Positions 11,148-23,633 of a stretch of DNA of 64,000 bases are shown here, piece after piece. This stretch comes from Tubulanus polymorphus. Lineage: Eukaryota > Animalia > Nemertea. The translations under genes were made by a program, and so were the position numbers. The notes under the pieces are model-generated. The model made no database searches, was not told where the DNA came from, and saw nothing but the letters and a program-made list of their open reading frames with translations. Every line of letters begins with the position of its first letter. Within the stretch, counting starts at the first letter, position 1. Location: positions 18,607,653 through 18,671,652 of the forward strand of contig NC_134028.1 in the NCBI RefSeq assembly GCF_964204645.1, read 5' to 3'.

Positions 11148-14100
11148 TTACAGAGCGAGTAGCCGTGGTGGTATAACTCTTCTCCCCGACCTGGTGTAAG
11201 TGGGTGGATCTGGACTGGGTTTCCGGAAGGCCAATTCAGCGAATTGCGGTCTTGTTTCATTTTCTCGCTCGTATAATTTAAGTCGGTCGAAATGCACTCG
11301 TTTAATTTTCTCATTTTTGTGTATCTCATACACTACGTCATTCACTTTACGTTTGACTGTCCAGGGACCTTCCCACGGATGGTATAACTTTGGTGACATT
11401 CCCCGAGGGCAAGCGGGGTTATGAAGCCAGACTAATGCTCCGACAGAAAATGCGACTCCGGAGGCTTTAGTCTCGTAGTTACGCTTCATTCTCCGAGTCC
11501 GAACAGTAGAATTGTGTCTTGCCAAATCGTGCGCTGCACGAATACGCTCTCTTAGTTCTACGGTGAACATATTTAAGCTACGAGAGCTTTCGTGAGGCGG
11601 GCCTTCATACATTAAGTCGATGGGTAGGCGAATCTCATGCCCGAACATCAGATAGTTCGGGGTGAATTTAGTCGAATCATGAACGGCCGATCGATAGGCC
11701 ATAGCGATGAACGGCAATTGTTCGTCCCAGTCAGAGTGATTTTGATTCACGAACATTGACAAGCTATTAAGTAGTGTCTTGTTCATTCGTTCGATCATGC
11801 CGTCGGATTGAGGTCTATAAGGGCAAGTTCTCGTCTTCTTAATTTCGAGAATCTTACATACCTCAGCCATGAGCTTAGACTCGAAGTTTGCCCCTTGATC
11901 GGTGTGCAATTCGAGGGGACACCCTAACTTACAGACGAAATGCTTTACGAACGCATCGGCGACAGTGAGCGCCTCTTGGTTCGGTATCGGAACGAATTCG
12001 ACGTATTTAGTGAAATAATCACCGATAACTAAAATATATGAATTACCATTATCGGTCTCAGGTAATGGGCTTATATGTCCATGGCGACTCTTTCGAGAGG
12101 TACACCTGAACTTGAGGGTCGTAGTTCAGCCCTAGTTTTTCGAGCTGGACTCTTTCGCGTTTGACATTCGCGGCAAGTGACGCACCAATCACGAACATCT
12201 CTGGCTATGTTAGTCCAGTAGAATCTATCGTGAATCTTATACAATGTTTTCTTGATACCGAAATGACCAGCTGTTTTTGTCGCGTGAAGTTGGTCGAATA
12301 CATCTCGGTGGTACGGTTTTGGTAATAACAAGAGCGTCGACGTAGGCAAACCCGAACGCTCTTTTCTAATATATAGAACACCGTTGATAAGATGGAGTTT
12401 ATCCCATCTAGCCCAAAGGAACTTTGTGGCTGAATTCTGCCCTGATACATTCTCCCAATTCGGCTTATCGTTACTCGGATTGAAATGGCGTATGATCCAC
12501 TCGAGGTCGGTGTCACGTTTTTGGGCTTGAGCAATAAAAGCGTCGTTCCAGTCTTCGCACGGCGAGAACTTTATGTGACATGCGCGTGCGATTTCAACCG
12601 CACCGGTCGCATTATATCGTCGCTCAGCCTTTTGACACTGCGAACATGACCGCCTCGACATTCCATCTGCGTTCGAGTGTAAGCGCCCTGGTCGATTTTC
12701 AATACGAAATGCGAAACCTCCGAGTGTAGTTAACCAACGGGCTAGTTGACCCTCCGGCTCTTTGAAAGACATAAGCCACCGGAGTGATCCATGATCAGTT
12801 CGGAGGAGGAATTCTCGTCCTCCGAGATAGTGTTTAAAAGCCTTGATGAAGTGTACCACGGCAAGTAACTCGCGTTTCGTGACGCAATAGTTTCTTTGAG
12901 CTTTTGAGAGAGCTTTACTAGCATACATGATTACGTGCTCTTTGTTATCGCCGTGTACTTGCGATAATACTGCACCGATGGATTCGTTACTCGCATCGGT
13001 ATCGAGAATGAATGAGAGTTTTGGGTCAGGATACGCGAGAATCGGAGCAGACACGAGCAGTCGCTTCAGAGCTTCGAAGGCGATCTGACAGTCGTTGTTC
13101 CACAAAAACTTCTTGCCTTTTTCGGTGAGTTTCTGAATTGGTCGGGCAATTTCAGCGTAACCTTTGACGAACGATCGATAATAGGATGAAAATCCTAGGA
13201 ATGACCTAGCTTCTTTGACACAGCCGGGAACCTTCCAACTAATGACTGCTTCGATCTTACTCGGATCGCATTTAATACCCTCTCCGGACACCAGGTGTCC
13301 TAAGAATGCAACCGAGGTCTGAAAGAAGTGGCATTTCCTAGGTTTCAGTTTGAGACCGGATTCTCGAAATCTCTGTAGGACCGTTTTTGATTTTTGATTG
13401 TATCATCTAAATCGGATCCGAACACAATAACGTCGTCAAGGTAGATTAGACAGGCTTCGAATTGAAGGCCGTTCAATACTCGTTCCATGAGACGCTGGAA
13501 CGTGGCTCCGGCGTTCTTGAGTCCGAAAGGCATTTTGACGAACTGGTATAACCCGTTATTCGGTATGGCGAAAGCCGTACGTTCTCTCGATTTCTCGTCC
13601 AACTTTATCTGCCAATAACCGCTAGCCATGTCTGCGGTGCAGAAATAGCGGGTACCAGTGAGCGAGCGCAGAGAATCATCGATGCGAGGAAGGGGAAAGG
13701 CGTCGATAGGACAGAGGCTATTGACTTTTCGTAGATCGACGCAGAACCTCTGACTGCCGTCTTTCTTGGTAACAAGTACGACTTGTGATACCCAACTCGA
13801 ACTAGAAGGTTCTATAATACCTTTTTCGAGCATCTCTTTAACTTGTTTATTTGCCTCGATTTGCTTGTCGTACGCCATTCTTCGGGGTCGATCACTGACC
13901 GGGGGTGACTCTCCAGTATTGACTACATGCTCTACCCCAGCGGCGGTACCGAGGTCGTAATCCGACTTCGCGAATACGTCCGCGAATTCACAAATCACGG
14001 CCTCGATTTTTCTTTGTTCGTCGGGTTCGAATCCCTTAGTACTTCTTTCGATCAGGTCTTTGACATGGTCTGGGATTTTGGGTTTACTAGAGTGGTCCGG

Positions 14101-14952
14101 CGACCGACTATTCGTGACGTTATTCACTCGGAGTCCGTTATCTGGACAGGCAATTTTGGAAATCGGAGATATCTTCCCGAGTGTGCAACCTCGAAAAACA
14201 GTTCTTGGTTGATCGGATAGATTGATTACTCGAATAGGGATAACCTCATTCTCCGTGTCTACGATCCCCTTAGCGGCCAAAATATGTTTTGATATAGTCT
14301 TCGAGACTGCCGGTTCCACGATAGCCCACTTCCCTAATGAAGGTGACTTTTCAGCAATACCGGGTAAAATTACTTCGCCCCCAGGCGGGATAGACACGTT
14401 TTTTAACGCCGCGACTTGGATGTCTTTATCCGGTGTCTTAATGGCACGTGTGTCAATGTACTGACGGCTTTTACTAACGACAGTACGACATTTCGGATAG
14501 ATCTGACAATCGAAATGCGACAAAAAATCCATGCCGAGAATACCGTCTTCGGTGATATCAGCTACGATCAGATCCCAAACTACTCTCTGGTCGAATATTT
14601 CAATCTTCGTCGTGATCTTACCGAGCACATTTAGATGACTATTATTAGCCGAAATTAGCTTCGACTGGCAAGGCAATAATCCCGGTCTTTCTTTAGACGG
14701 GATCTCATAATAACTACGAGAATTCAGTATGGAAGTGCAGCTTCCAGTATCAATAAGAAAATTTATAGGAACATCGCTGATCTCAGCGGTATATTGTAAT
14801 GAGTCCGAACTTCCGGATATAATTACCTTATTAACTTCTAATTCGACAGCATGCGAGAGATTTAGGGTTTTCTGAGCAGTCGATCGACCTCTCACTGCAT
14901 CGACTGCTGGGAGTTTCCCGCCGAACCGTTCGAACCTCGAAGTCGTGGGCAA
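11148..14952 (-). pseudogene. pol: Gypsy pol (protease, RT, RNase H, integrase), frameshifted near 13390 and 12075
   Basis: FLIDTGS; FCVDLR, MPFGL, YLDD; LDTDAS, TDH; HH-CC zinc finger; HTDQGANFES, QSDGMIER; WEGPW (GPY/F-like). Confidence 0.95.
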
Positions 14953-16090
14953 TTCGACTTAAGTGCCCGAACTCTTTACAGTGGAAACATTGTACACGTG
15001 AATAATCTCTCTTTGGCCTTGCGTCAAAACGACTTCGTTCGTTAGGACGTTGCTGCGCTTGTAAAATGTTTTCGAATAACGAGAACATCTTCGAAAATTC
15101 GGACTTGATCTCGGCCCTGAACTGTTCGACTTCACTGCCGACTCGAGCGCCATCTTTGACTTCTCGTACGAACTTCTTAGTTAAGCCATCGCGTTCGTCT
15201 TCGAGACGACGATAGCCTTCCAATTCTACCGCCATAGAGACTAATTCATTCAGGGTTGTACATCTACTTTGATATAAAGCCATTCGAAGTTCTCGATCGT
15301 CTAGCGCATCGAGGAAATGTGTCTTTATTAAACGATCTAGCTGTTCGGGAGGCATATCAGGGTATGCGAGCAAAGCTTTGGCAGAGAGGTCTTGCGACAA
15401 TTCTCTGAGCGACTCCCCTCGTTTACGTCTTCGATTTCGTAATTCGGCTAAATACAGCTCGGCCTGTTGTCCAGGACCGAACTGACTTTCTAACGCATGG
15501 CAAAGTGTATCGAAATCGACTCTCTCGTCAGGTCGGAGAGTACAGGCTAGTTGGCGAGCTGACCCACGCAAGTGAGTGAATAAAAACTCGGCTTTCATAT
15601 AACCCGTCCATCCATTTATGCGAGCTATGGAATTGAGGCGGTAATATAATCGAGCCATGACTCGTTCCCAGAATAATATTCTGGTTCGACTCTCCCGAAC
15701 CCTCTCGGAGTTATAGGATTGGGTCTATACATCTCGAATTCTTGGCGAAAGATTCGAGGAGTATTCAAAAATGCGCCTTGGTCTTCGTGAACATCATCGG
15801 GTACACTTGAATCTTGCGGGACGTTTCGTGTCTTTCTCATCGTGGATCGTGGGTTTGAACGAGATATAGCTTCGTTCAAAGAGTGGAGTTCTCTCTATTA
15901 GGTCTCTTGAGGCATCGGGTTCAGCCCCCCTAAGTCTATTTTCCTCGGATAAAGGCAAAACAATAGAGTCGCCGCAGGCAAGTGAGCGTTCGCTCGATGG
16001 GTGGTCACTAGAGATTTTATCAGAGGCATTTCGACCGTCGGGGTTTTTCGTGGACAGGTCAAATTCGAGCGGATTGCTTCGAGTTTTCAT
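14831..16090 (-). pseudogene. gag: Gypsy gag, in three frames
   Basis: YYSGNESWLDY, ARINGW, LRGSA, RRRKRGESL and a knuckle beginning CFHCKEFGH. Confidence 0.9.
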
Positions 16091-16213
16091 TTTTAGCTTT
16101 CAGTTCCTGAATCGTGGACATAGAAATGCATGTAATATTCTTGTTGAATAAAATTCGACTTGTTACTTCAATTATGCGTTCAGACATGGAGTATTCGAGC
16201 AAAAAAAACGACG

Positions 16214-16231
16214 ATCCAACCGCTGCCACCA
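16214..16231 (-). promoter_or_regulatory. Primer-binding site complementary to the tRNA-Leu 3' end
   Basis: Plus strand ATCCAACCGCTGCCACCA versus the recalled animal tRNA-Leu end ATCCCACCGCTGCCACCA (1 mismatch), next to the 5' LTR. Confidence 0.8.
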
Positions 16232-16234
16232 ATT

Positions 16235-17718
16235 TGTAGCGGCACGGGGTCGACAGTATATACGGCATTAAATCTTGGTAGCGAGAGCAGGCAAGTCCAG
16301 AATAGGTCCGCTACAGGTGGGTACGCCTAGATCGATTCTGCCCCTGGAGAGGACAGAATAAGGGGTCAATGACCGCCCTAGGACAATCGTCGAAAAATAC
16401 TATGCGATTTGCTAACTCGTGAGATTCGATTCGGTTTCCCCGCCTAAACATAACTCTGACCAGTACAGTCGGTCGAATTTCTCAAGAACCACAGCCGGAA
16501 GTCACCACTTTCGTTACGTCGGCCATTCGTAATCGAATCGACTCCGACCGTAAATTCGAGAGAAACTAAAAATAGGCGATCGGTTTCTTCGACTATAAAA
16601 TTCAAGTGCAGTCTGAATTTTATTCCGGTTTCCATAAGCTCTACCGAATCCCACTGAATCTCGCGACAGTCATAGGCAAATAAGGCAATCGCATTACTAG
16701 AATATCATGCTCGAATATATATACTCCGAAAAATCGAACGCATAATCAAAAGAAGTAACAATTCATAGTTAAAAATGACATGTATGAATATTTATTGATT
16801 TATTCAGGTCGAGAATCGTGGCGAAATGAACAGGCTATTAGGATTTGACTAGGCCTCGGACCTCCGAGCGATCTCGGGTCGAGAGGCGGCAAGGGCGATT
16901 ATCCGACTTCGAGAGAAACCCGCGTTGTCAAGACAACGCAGATTACCCGGGTCATGATTCGAGAGAATTCGCTCGAAGCTCAGGCAATGAAAGTCTTCGA
17001 GCGAGAAAAGGTAGAGACTAATAATCGAGGCGAGTCCACTCGAAGTCGAATAAACGTAATTCATACGGGATAAAAGGCTATGATGTTCTTCCATTGCAGT
17101 GATCCTTGGTCGGATTCTCCTTTGATTTCGGGTTCAGACGAAGTATTCGAGCGGGGCCGGAGCCCTGTCCGAGGGACGTGGTTTGAAATGACTTATCGCA
17201 TCATTCCGGGATCAATACAGACCTGAATAAGGCAATTAGACTGTGCGTCTGGTGATTTTTAAGAGATCGATCATTCAGCGAGCGATTACAAGCTCTCTCA
17301 ACGTGTCTCAAACACGGAATGTCAGAAATGCGGTTCTGACCGCTCTTAAATAGGCCGCCTTCTACGCTGATTGGCTAATAGCCAAATTACTGCGCGATAA
17401 AAAATGCCGGCGCACGCGGCTTTGGGTAGGCGTACATGACTGGAATTTTCGATGAATTATCTTGAAATCAATTCTCGTTTGGATATTTGCTATTAAAAGA
17501 GCGGAAACCCTTCACGGAAAAGACTTGGCAATATCCCAGGTAAAAGGAACTATTCCGTAAAACGGCCGTCTACGATGAGGTGATACGGCACTTCCGGATT
17601 TCAATGATTTTGAATAGTGCGGCTCTGAATTGGCGAGTTTTCCTCAAAAGACGGATATAATGCTATCGCGGACTGGTCATCTGGTCTGAAGGTTGGTTCC
17701 ATGGTCAATCTCGCCACA
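16235..17718 (-). repeat. Gypsy 5' LTR
   Basis: Direct repeat of 8305-9788. Confidence 0.97.
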
Positions 17719-18497
17719 TATCTGTAATATGTGTCGTGTCAAATTACAAAAATAACAAAAACGTTAAAAATTTTTGTTGAGAATTTTTGTAAACCACTGG
17801 TTAATTCCAAGTCTGGACGGCGACGTATTTGTAGTCAAAATTTTATCGATCGATTTTCCATAATGTACTGCTGCCATTCCATTTGAACTGAATTTAAATA
17901 CTCGATGGTTAATCACTTCAGTCATAGCCTTTTCCAAATATATAGTGTTCCTGCGAAAATGATAATAATGATTATTATTTTAACATGTACTTATCTGGAT
18001 TTTTTATATTATGTTTATATATTATTTTCTGTATTCGTTTATTATTTTATAACCTAAAAGGATTGTATTGATTATAAAAATAAATGTAAAAAATACCTGT
18101 ATGTGTGTTTTCTCGTGTTCAGATCGCAGTCTCTGGTCAGCTGAGCCTGAGAAGTACCTATATGAAAAAGAAAAGGAAAGAATAAAGTGCCTGCAATTAG
18201 GTGGAAACTATTCCAATATTTCATTGATTCAAAAGGAATAACACTCACTAGAATCGGCCGAATTAGTTGATCCTGATCCAGAGGATTCCCGTAATATTTC
18301 CGTATCGACCTGAACCAATTCGTCACTATCAAAGAATAGATCGTCAAAATCGTCATCATTTATAATTTCGTTGACAACCGTTGCCATTTTAATACAGCGG
18401 AAAGAACCGATATCACGATTGATAAAACACTATATCCGTCTGAAGCGATGTAGAGAGAATCCCACAATGATAACGAAAAAGTCCAAAAATGTTAGTA

Positions 18498-18545
18498 GTT
18501 TATTCAACGTTTCGTCTATGTCCTAATAGTCATCTTGAGAAATAA
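18498..18545 (-). ncRNA. Degenerate Penelope-type minimal hammerhead ribozyme remnant
   Basis: Minus strand CTCAAGA-T-GACTAT-TAGGAC-ATAGAC-GAAA-CGTTG-AATAAA; the core differs from CUGANGA at one position. Confidence 0.35.
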
Positions 18546-19245
18546 TGAATACTACAGAAATTATGAGAGATATATACAATCCAGAGACAAAGAGACTGAT
18601 TCAAGTAATCAGAGATGATACTAACTAAAGGAAAATTAACGTAGAAACAGTTACACGCTAAAACAGATTAAAGAGAAGCAGTTAAGAGACAAACTAGGGG
18701 GCACTTAAATTTAAGATAATTGTGAATACAAGTTGATCGACTAAAATTGATGAGGGGAAATTAGGTGTTGAGTTTAACCAGTTTACAGAGGAATTTTTAT
18801 ATAAGTTTATTATGGGATGAAAACCGATATTCGGAAACAACTGAATTATTACGGAGATTCCCGATCTCGCTGGTTATCGCTTATCGGCGCGTTACGTAAC
18901 AAAGCGCTCGCCGACGAACCGTTATCGGCTTTAGGGCAATTACAACGCACTTTCGACAAGAGCTGCACAATAGCGTCCGTATTCCATCTCATCACACTTC
19001 CCTGGTCAAAGTCATTGATTATCCAAGGTAAATATTGTGAAAAACAACACGGAAAATCTGAAATTTGTGAAAACTACTATAAGTTTTTCAACATAAGAAT
19101 ATTGAAGTATTTTGTTGATGATTGCTGTGAAATCAATTTGGGTGGATTTTTACGGGGGAGGGGGGATATTTACCGGATGGAATTTTACCGGGGGGATTTT
19201 TACCTGTTACCTTTGACCCCTGATAACTCTGATATCAACCTGCCC

Positions 19246-19545
19246 TGATACTAGTTATTGTTTCTATTTGCTAATTGCATTAAATAATATACTGAATATA
19301 TTCAATAAGAAAAAATACAATTGAATAAGCTAGTGTTGTTAAAGTAACTTATTGTTTTTCTAATGTTTTTCTAATATTTCTTATTAATATTAATATTAAA
19401 TTACTTTACATTTGACTAGAATAATACTAGAATTATAAAAGGTTACTTTAACAACACTAGCTTATTCAATTGTATTGTTTTTTTATTGAATCTATTCAAA
19501 ATATTATTTAATCCAATTAGCAAATAGAAACAATAACTAGTATCA
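19246..19545. repeat. Long imperfect inverted repeat, arms about 105 bp
   Basis: tgatactagttattgtttctatttgctaattg...gctagtgttgttaaagtaac versus gttactttaacaacactagc...caattagcaaatagaaacaataactagtatca. Confidence 0.9.
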
Positions 19546-19730
19546 ATTTAAAGAATTATATCATAATCTAGTGCTGTGTAAAGAATAAAAATATTCGCCT
19601 GATAGATTCATAGAATTACTATAAAAATGAGATATATATTTGAATATAATTTGTACCTTTCCCAGTGTTAAAATATAAGTTATATTAGTTAAAAATGTAT
19701 AATATGATAAATCTGTGAAGATATAGGGTT

Positions 19731-19914
19731 TATTTCAAATAAGACCCCCTGCATCTTGATGTCTTTAGTACTTTTAGTACATAAAGAATAAATCTTTATA
19801 TTATTAGTAGTTGAAAAATCTAAGTACTAATAAAATGAATATTTATTCTTTATGTACTAAAAGTACTAAAACTACTGAAGACAATAAAGACATAAGGGGG
19901 TATTATTTGAAATA
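19731..19914. repeat. Second long imperfect inverted repeat
   Basis: tatttcaaataa..ccccct..tttagtacttttagtacataaagaataaat versus atttattctttatgtactaaaagtactaaa..aggggg..ttatttgaaata. Confidence 0.9.
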
Positions 19915-20029
19915 TTATATATCTTAATTTGAATTATGTAATTTCTCAACCACTTAATGAAGATTCAATGTATTGTTCATTATTTGGGGCATTGGTCAAT
20001 AATTCAATGAATTTCTTTGCGCATAATAT

Positions 20030-20130
20030 GTATTTAATACATTAATACGTATTCAATACCATTAATACGTATTTAATACGTATTTATTACATTGATACGT
20101 ATTTAATACGTATTTAGTACATTGATACCT
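20030..20130. repeat. Short tandem repeats of palindromic (t)aatacgtatt
   Basis: Five or more copies; the same motif occurs at 59050-59200. Confidence 0.8.
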
Positions 20131-20564
20131 CAACCCCCCTTTTTCAATTAACTAAAATTTCAGTCAATATTTTATATTTCAACCAATTTAACAGTCGATT
20201 TCTTATTTTGATTCATACAGTTTATCATCTAATTCATGAATATATTTATGAGTTTTTAAACTCTTTAAATCTTTATATCTTTTATTACATCAAATATCAA
20301 ATCAAATAACAATTAGACTGACTACTAATTCTTTATGCCGCTGAGAATTATATTTTTGCTTGTGCGTAATCAATTTTTTCACCTGATATTCTGTTATATT
20401 ATTTTTAATCATTTCTTTATCGAAAAATTCATTTGATATGTAAATATTTTCATCATTATGAATTAAAATTAGATGGCGTAATTGATTTCTAAAATATCTA
20501 GGATTAATGAAATCAATAGTATAATTCAGAATTATCTTTCAATAGTTCTAAACGCTTGCATTGC

Positions 20565-22583
20565 TCAATTTTCATATTGTTTCATTTTTCTTGAATAATC
20601 AGATTCTCTACGTTTATCACATACATTAATGAAATCATTAGAATTTATCTTCAAATATTCAGTATATTTTTTCATCAATTCAAAATCCATTTTATCAATT
20701 ATTTCAAAATGATTGTGTGTTATCTTCTTTACATGGAAAATAGGTTTTTCTAATTTTGATAAAATAAAGTGTTTATCAGGGCTATGAACACCTATTTTTA
20801 ACTTTTTGATAATGTTTTCTATCGAAGACAATTCAAAATAAATATTATCTAATACGTCTAATTGTAATGTTTTTATCAATAATTCTCTTAAATCAGTAGT
20901 AGTTTCATATAAGCCTTGATCTGTTAGAATATAACTGAAATAAAGATCTGTTATACATTTACATTGAGTTGAAAAACCTCTAATTTCAAAAATTGTAGTA
21001 TTTTCAATCCCGGATATTTTAGGAGTATATTCATTTAATTTTACTTCAGGAATTATTTCAAGTTTTTTAAATTCTGTCTCAAATAATTCATTATAAATAT
21101 CTAATTGTTGCTTTAATTCATTACAAATTTTATTTCTATTTTCATCGATATCTTCTTGTAATTGTTTAAGTTCTTTCATTTCTTCTAATCTTTTAAATTC
21201 ACTTTTAGATAATAATTTTAAATCAAAATCTTCTTCAATATCAAGTGCATCTAATTAATAAAACGGTTTAGATTTTATATTGTACCTCTTTTTTAAAGTT
21301 GTAAAACTAATTCCTGTTTCACGTAATTTAAATCTAAATATAAATTTATTCAATACTGTAAACATTGAATTAGTTGAAGATATAACAGTTGATCCTTTAG
21401 TTTTAATATATTTTTTTGCTTCAATAATGAATACTGATTTATCCTCATTTTGATTAATTGTGAGGTATAAACATGGGATATTCTTAATTGTAAACATTGA
21501 TAAAATGAGTAAAAAGGAGGACTTTTCGATATCTTTACTTACCCTAGATTTATATCCTATAAATTTTCTTGCTAATAAATCACCATAATAACAGAAATAA
21601 AAGCATTTTTCAATCAAATCATAAATACATACAGTCTGTTGAACCTCATCAAATAATGATTTAAGTTGTAAATACGCAGGTGAATAGTAAATATTTTTCT
21701 AAATACTTATTTTAAGTATTTTTTTTATTTTTTCCATCACTTTTAATCCTCTTTTAAATGAAATACTAGTTATTTCAATTCTAAACAATCCTGTTTCAAT
21801 TGATTTTTCAAATGATTCTTATAATCTTTCTTGATAGCAATTTATGTAACTCATTAAATTTGAACCGAAATTTATATTTACACCAGGAGATTTGAATTGA
21901 CATGCTGTTTTATTATAGATCTTTATTTTATCATCCTTATGTAATGCTGAAACACAACTATTGGAAAATTCTTTTAGATCTTTATATTTTCTATTTTCGA
22001 ACATTGATTTTATTTCATCTGAATTAAATGATCCTTTAAAATCTTGTGTAACATCTACATCTAATATATCGTAATTTTTTTCATTTAATAATTGTTCAAT
22101 ATTATCCATTTTCCGTATTAATTCATTTAAATTTTGATTGCATAATGAAATTTTAAATACTGCAATATAATCGGTTAATTTTAATTCTTGATTAATTCTA
22201 CTCAAGATCTATGATTTTGAATTATCATCATGAATTGTTAAAACACGTGTAATTTTTATAGCTAAGTTATCCAATATAATATTTCCTTGATTAAAACATT
22301 CTTTATTTTCATAATGTGTTATCTTTCTCTGATTAACGTTTAGAAAAGTTGTTATATTTTCTTTTATAATTTCTTTTTCTAACATGATTTTATAAAGCAT
22401 TATGTTATCGCAAAATATACCTGACGTTTCAATTAATTCATTATTTTCAGATTTATAATACTTATTTATATTTACTCCTGAAATATCAGCTAAATTATTG
22501 TTAACAGTTAAATAATACAATATTGAATTTATATATTTATTATTCATGTCTTTCGCGGGAACTTCAATTAATCTTGAGCACAT
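20565..22583 (-). pseudogene. Disrupted large ORF with Rep_trans/phage gpII-like motifs and a coiled-coil C-terminal part
   Basis: ORFs 22209-22583 and 21819-22205 are in one frame separated by a stop; motifs ILDVDVTQDF, KIKIYNK and, past the next stop, GLFRIEIT; then ORFs 21255-21617 and 20565-21179. Confidence 0.45.
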
Positions 22584-22815
22584 TTATATATCAAATTTTT
22601 ATTAAAATAAGTTAAAAATTGAAAAAGAGTTAGAGTTCGCTGAAACTTTACGCTTTAAAATATTTTTTAACCTTTATTGGGGATTTATCTATATTGATTT
22701 TACATGTTGGACAGTAGTACTTTTTATTTGCTTCCATTTTAATATCAAATTTTTTATTAAAATTGATTTTAGAAGTTATTCATTTATATTTTATTCATAT
22801 AATGAATATTTTAAG

Positions 22816-22965
22816 AGTAATAGGGATAATGGGCTCAGGTTAAAGGTTGAAGGGGCGAGTGAGTAAAAAATGAAAAATAAATTCGAGCGTGCGAGAATTT
22901 ATTTTTCCTTTTTTACGAGCTTGACCCTTCGTCCTTTGGCTTGAACCCCCATTATCCCTATTACT
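22816..22965. repeat. Palindromic element terminus, about 150 bp
   Basis: agtaatagggataatggg...cccattatccctattact with inner arms aaaaataaatt / aatttattttt. Confidence 0.9.
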
Positions 22966-23633
22966 GACAGACATACAAGGTGATAATACAGGGAGGCAAG
23001 AAAATTTATGATAATACATTGAGTGATAGATATTATATGAACATTGAGCTAACGTTATATAAAACACTGTGAATTATTATTATTACGTTAATCGCAAGTA
23101 ACATAAGATTGAAAGTACAAGAAAAGAAAAGGCAGACCCAAGCATATACATTAAGATGGGTTGAGATGAATTTTTTGGAGGCAAATCTCGTTGACTAGTT
23201 GGGAAGATATATTTCACAGTCATTGTTGTTATACGAATTTAGAAAGAGGAATATTTCGTTATCGGAGAATTCAGAGAAAAGGGGAGCGAAATCAGATATT
23301 CGTTCGAAATATGGAAAACGGGTGGAGCAGAGTGTTTGACGAGGAAGTGATCTCATCCTCTATGGATGAGCTGAGGCACAGGGGTCATGTTCTACGTTCA
23401 GGAGCTATAGGAGGGCGCAGGGAGTGTCACTCGGCCTTTTTCTATTGTAACTGATTTCCCAGACATGGTAACCATTTGAGACCCTGGTCAAAATCGCTAA
23501 TTAAATACTGATCAGAACAGACAACTCCTGCAGCGCTGTGTCTGCACCGGTAGGCCTCCCGTACGCTTGGCGCCACGGGACGACGCTCGGGTTTCTCCGT
23601 CAGTGGGTCCGCTCGTCCTCTCTTGAAGGCGAG

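Larger units (their letters stand above)
8305..17718 (-). mobile_element. Full-length Ty3/Gypsy LTR retrotransposon
   Basis: Two 1484-bp TG...CA LTRs, 4-bp TSD TATC (8301-8304, 17719-17722), PBS, PPT, order gag-PR-RT-RH-IN. Confidence 0.97.
19246..22965 (-). mobile_element. Polinton-family fragment or derivative with a hairpin terminus and a Rep-like gene
   Basis: Terminus at 22965 is homologous (inverted) to the terminus at 24984, followed by the same MEANK.YYCPTC gene start (~22736); shares taatacgtatt repeats with 59040-59220. Other end not found. Confidence 0.75.

Noticed and set aside
16214-16231. tRNA gene
   Set aside because: Only 18 nt matching a tRNA 3' end, including CCA; it is a primer-binding site.
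7400-18100. Complete ProtoRAG/RAG transposon
   Set aside because: No RAG1 core, no RAG2-like ORF and no RSS-like TIR pair; isolated CACAGTG heptamers (about 6089 and 28021) are expected by chance.
18817-19248. 143-aa ORF
   Set aside because: No motif; it crosses compositionally different segments, including a G-rich repeat end, so it is probably spurious.
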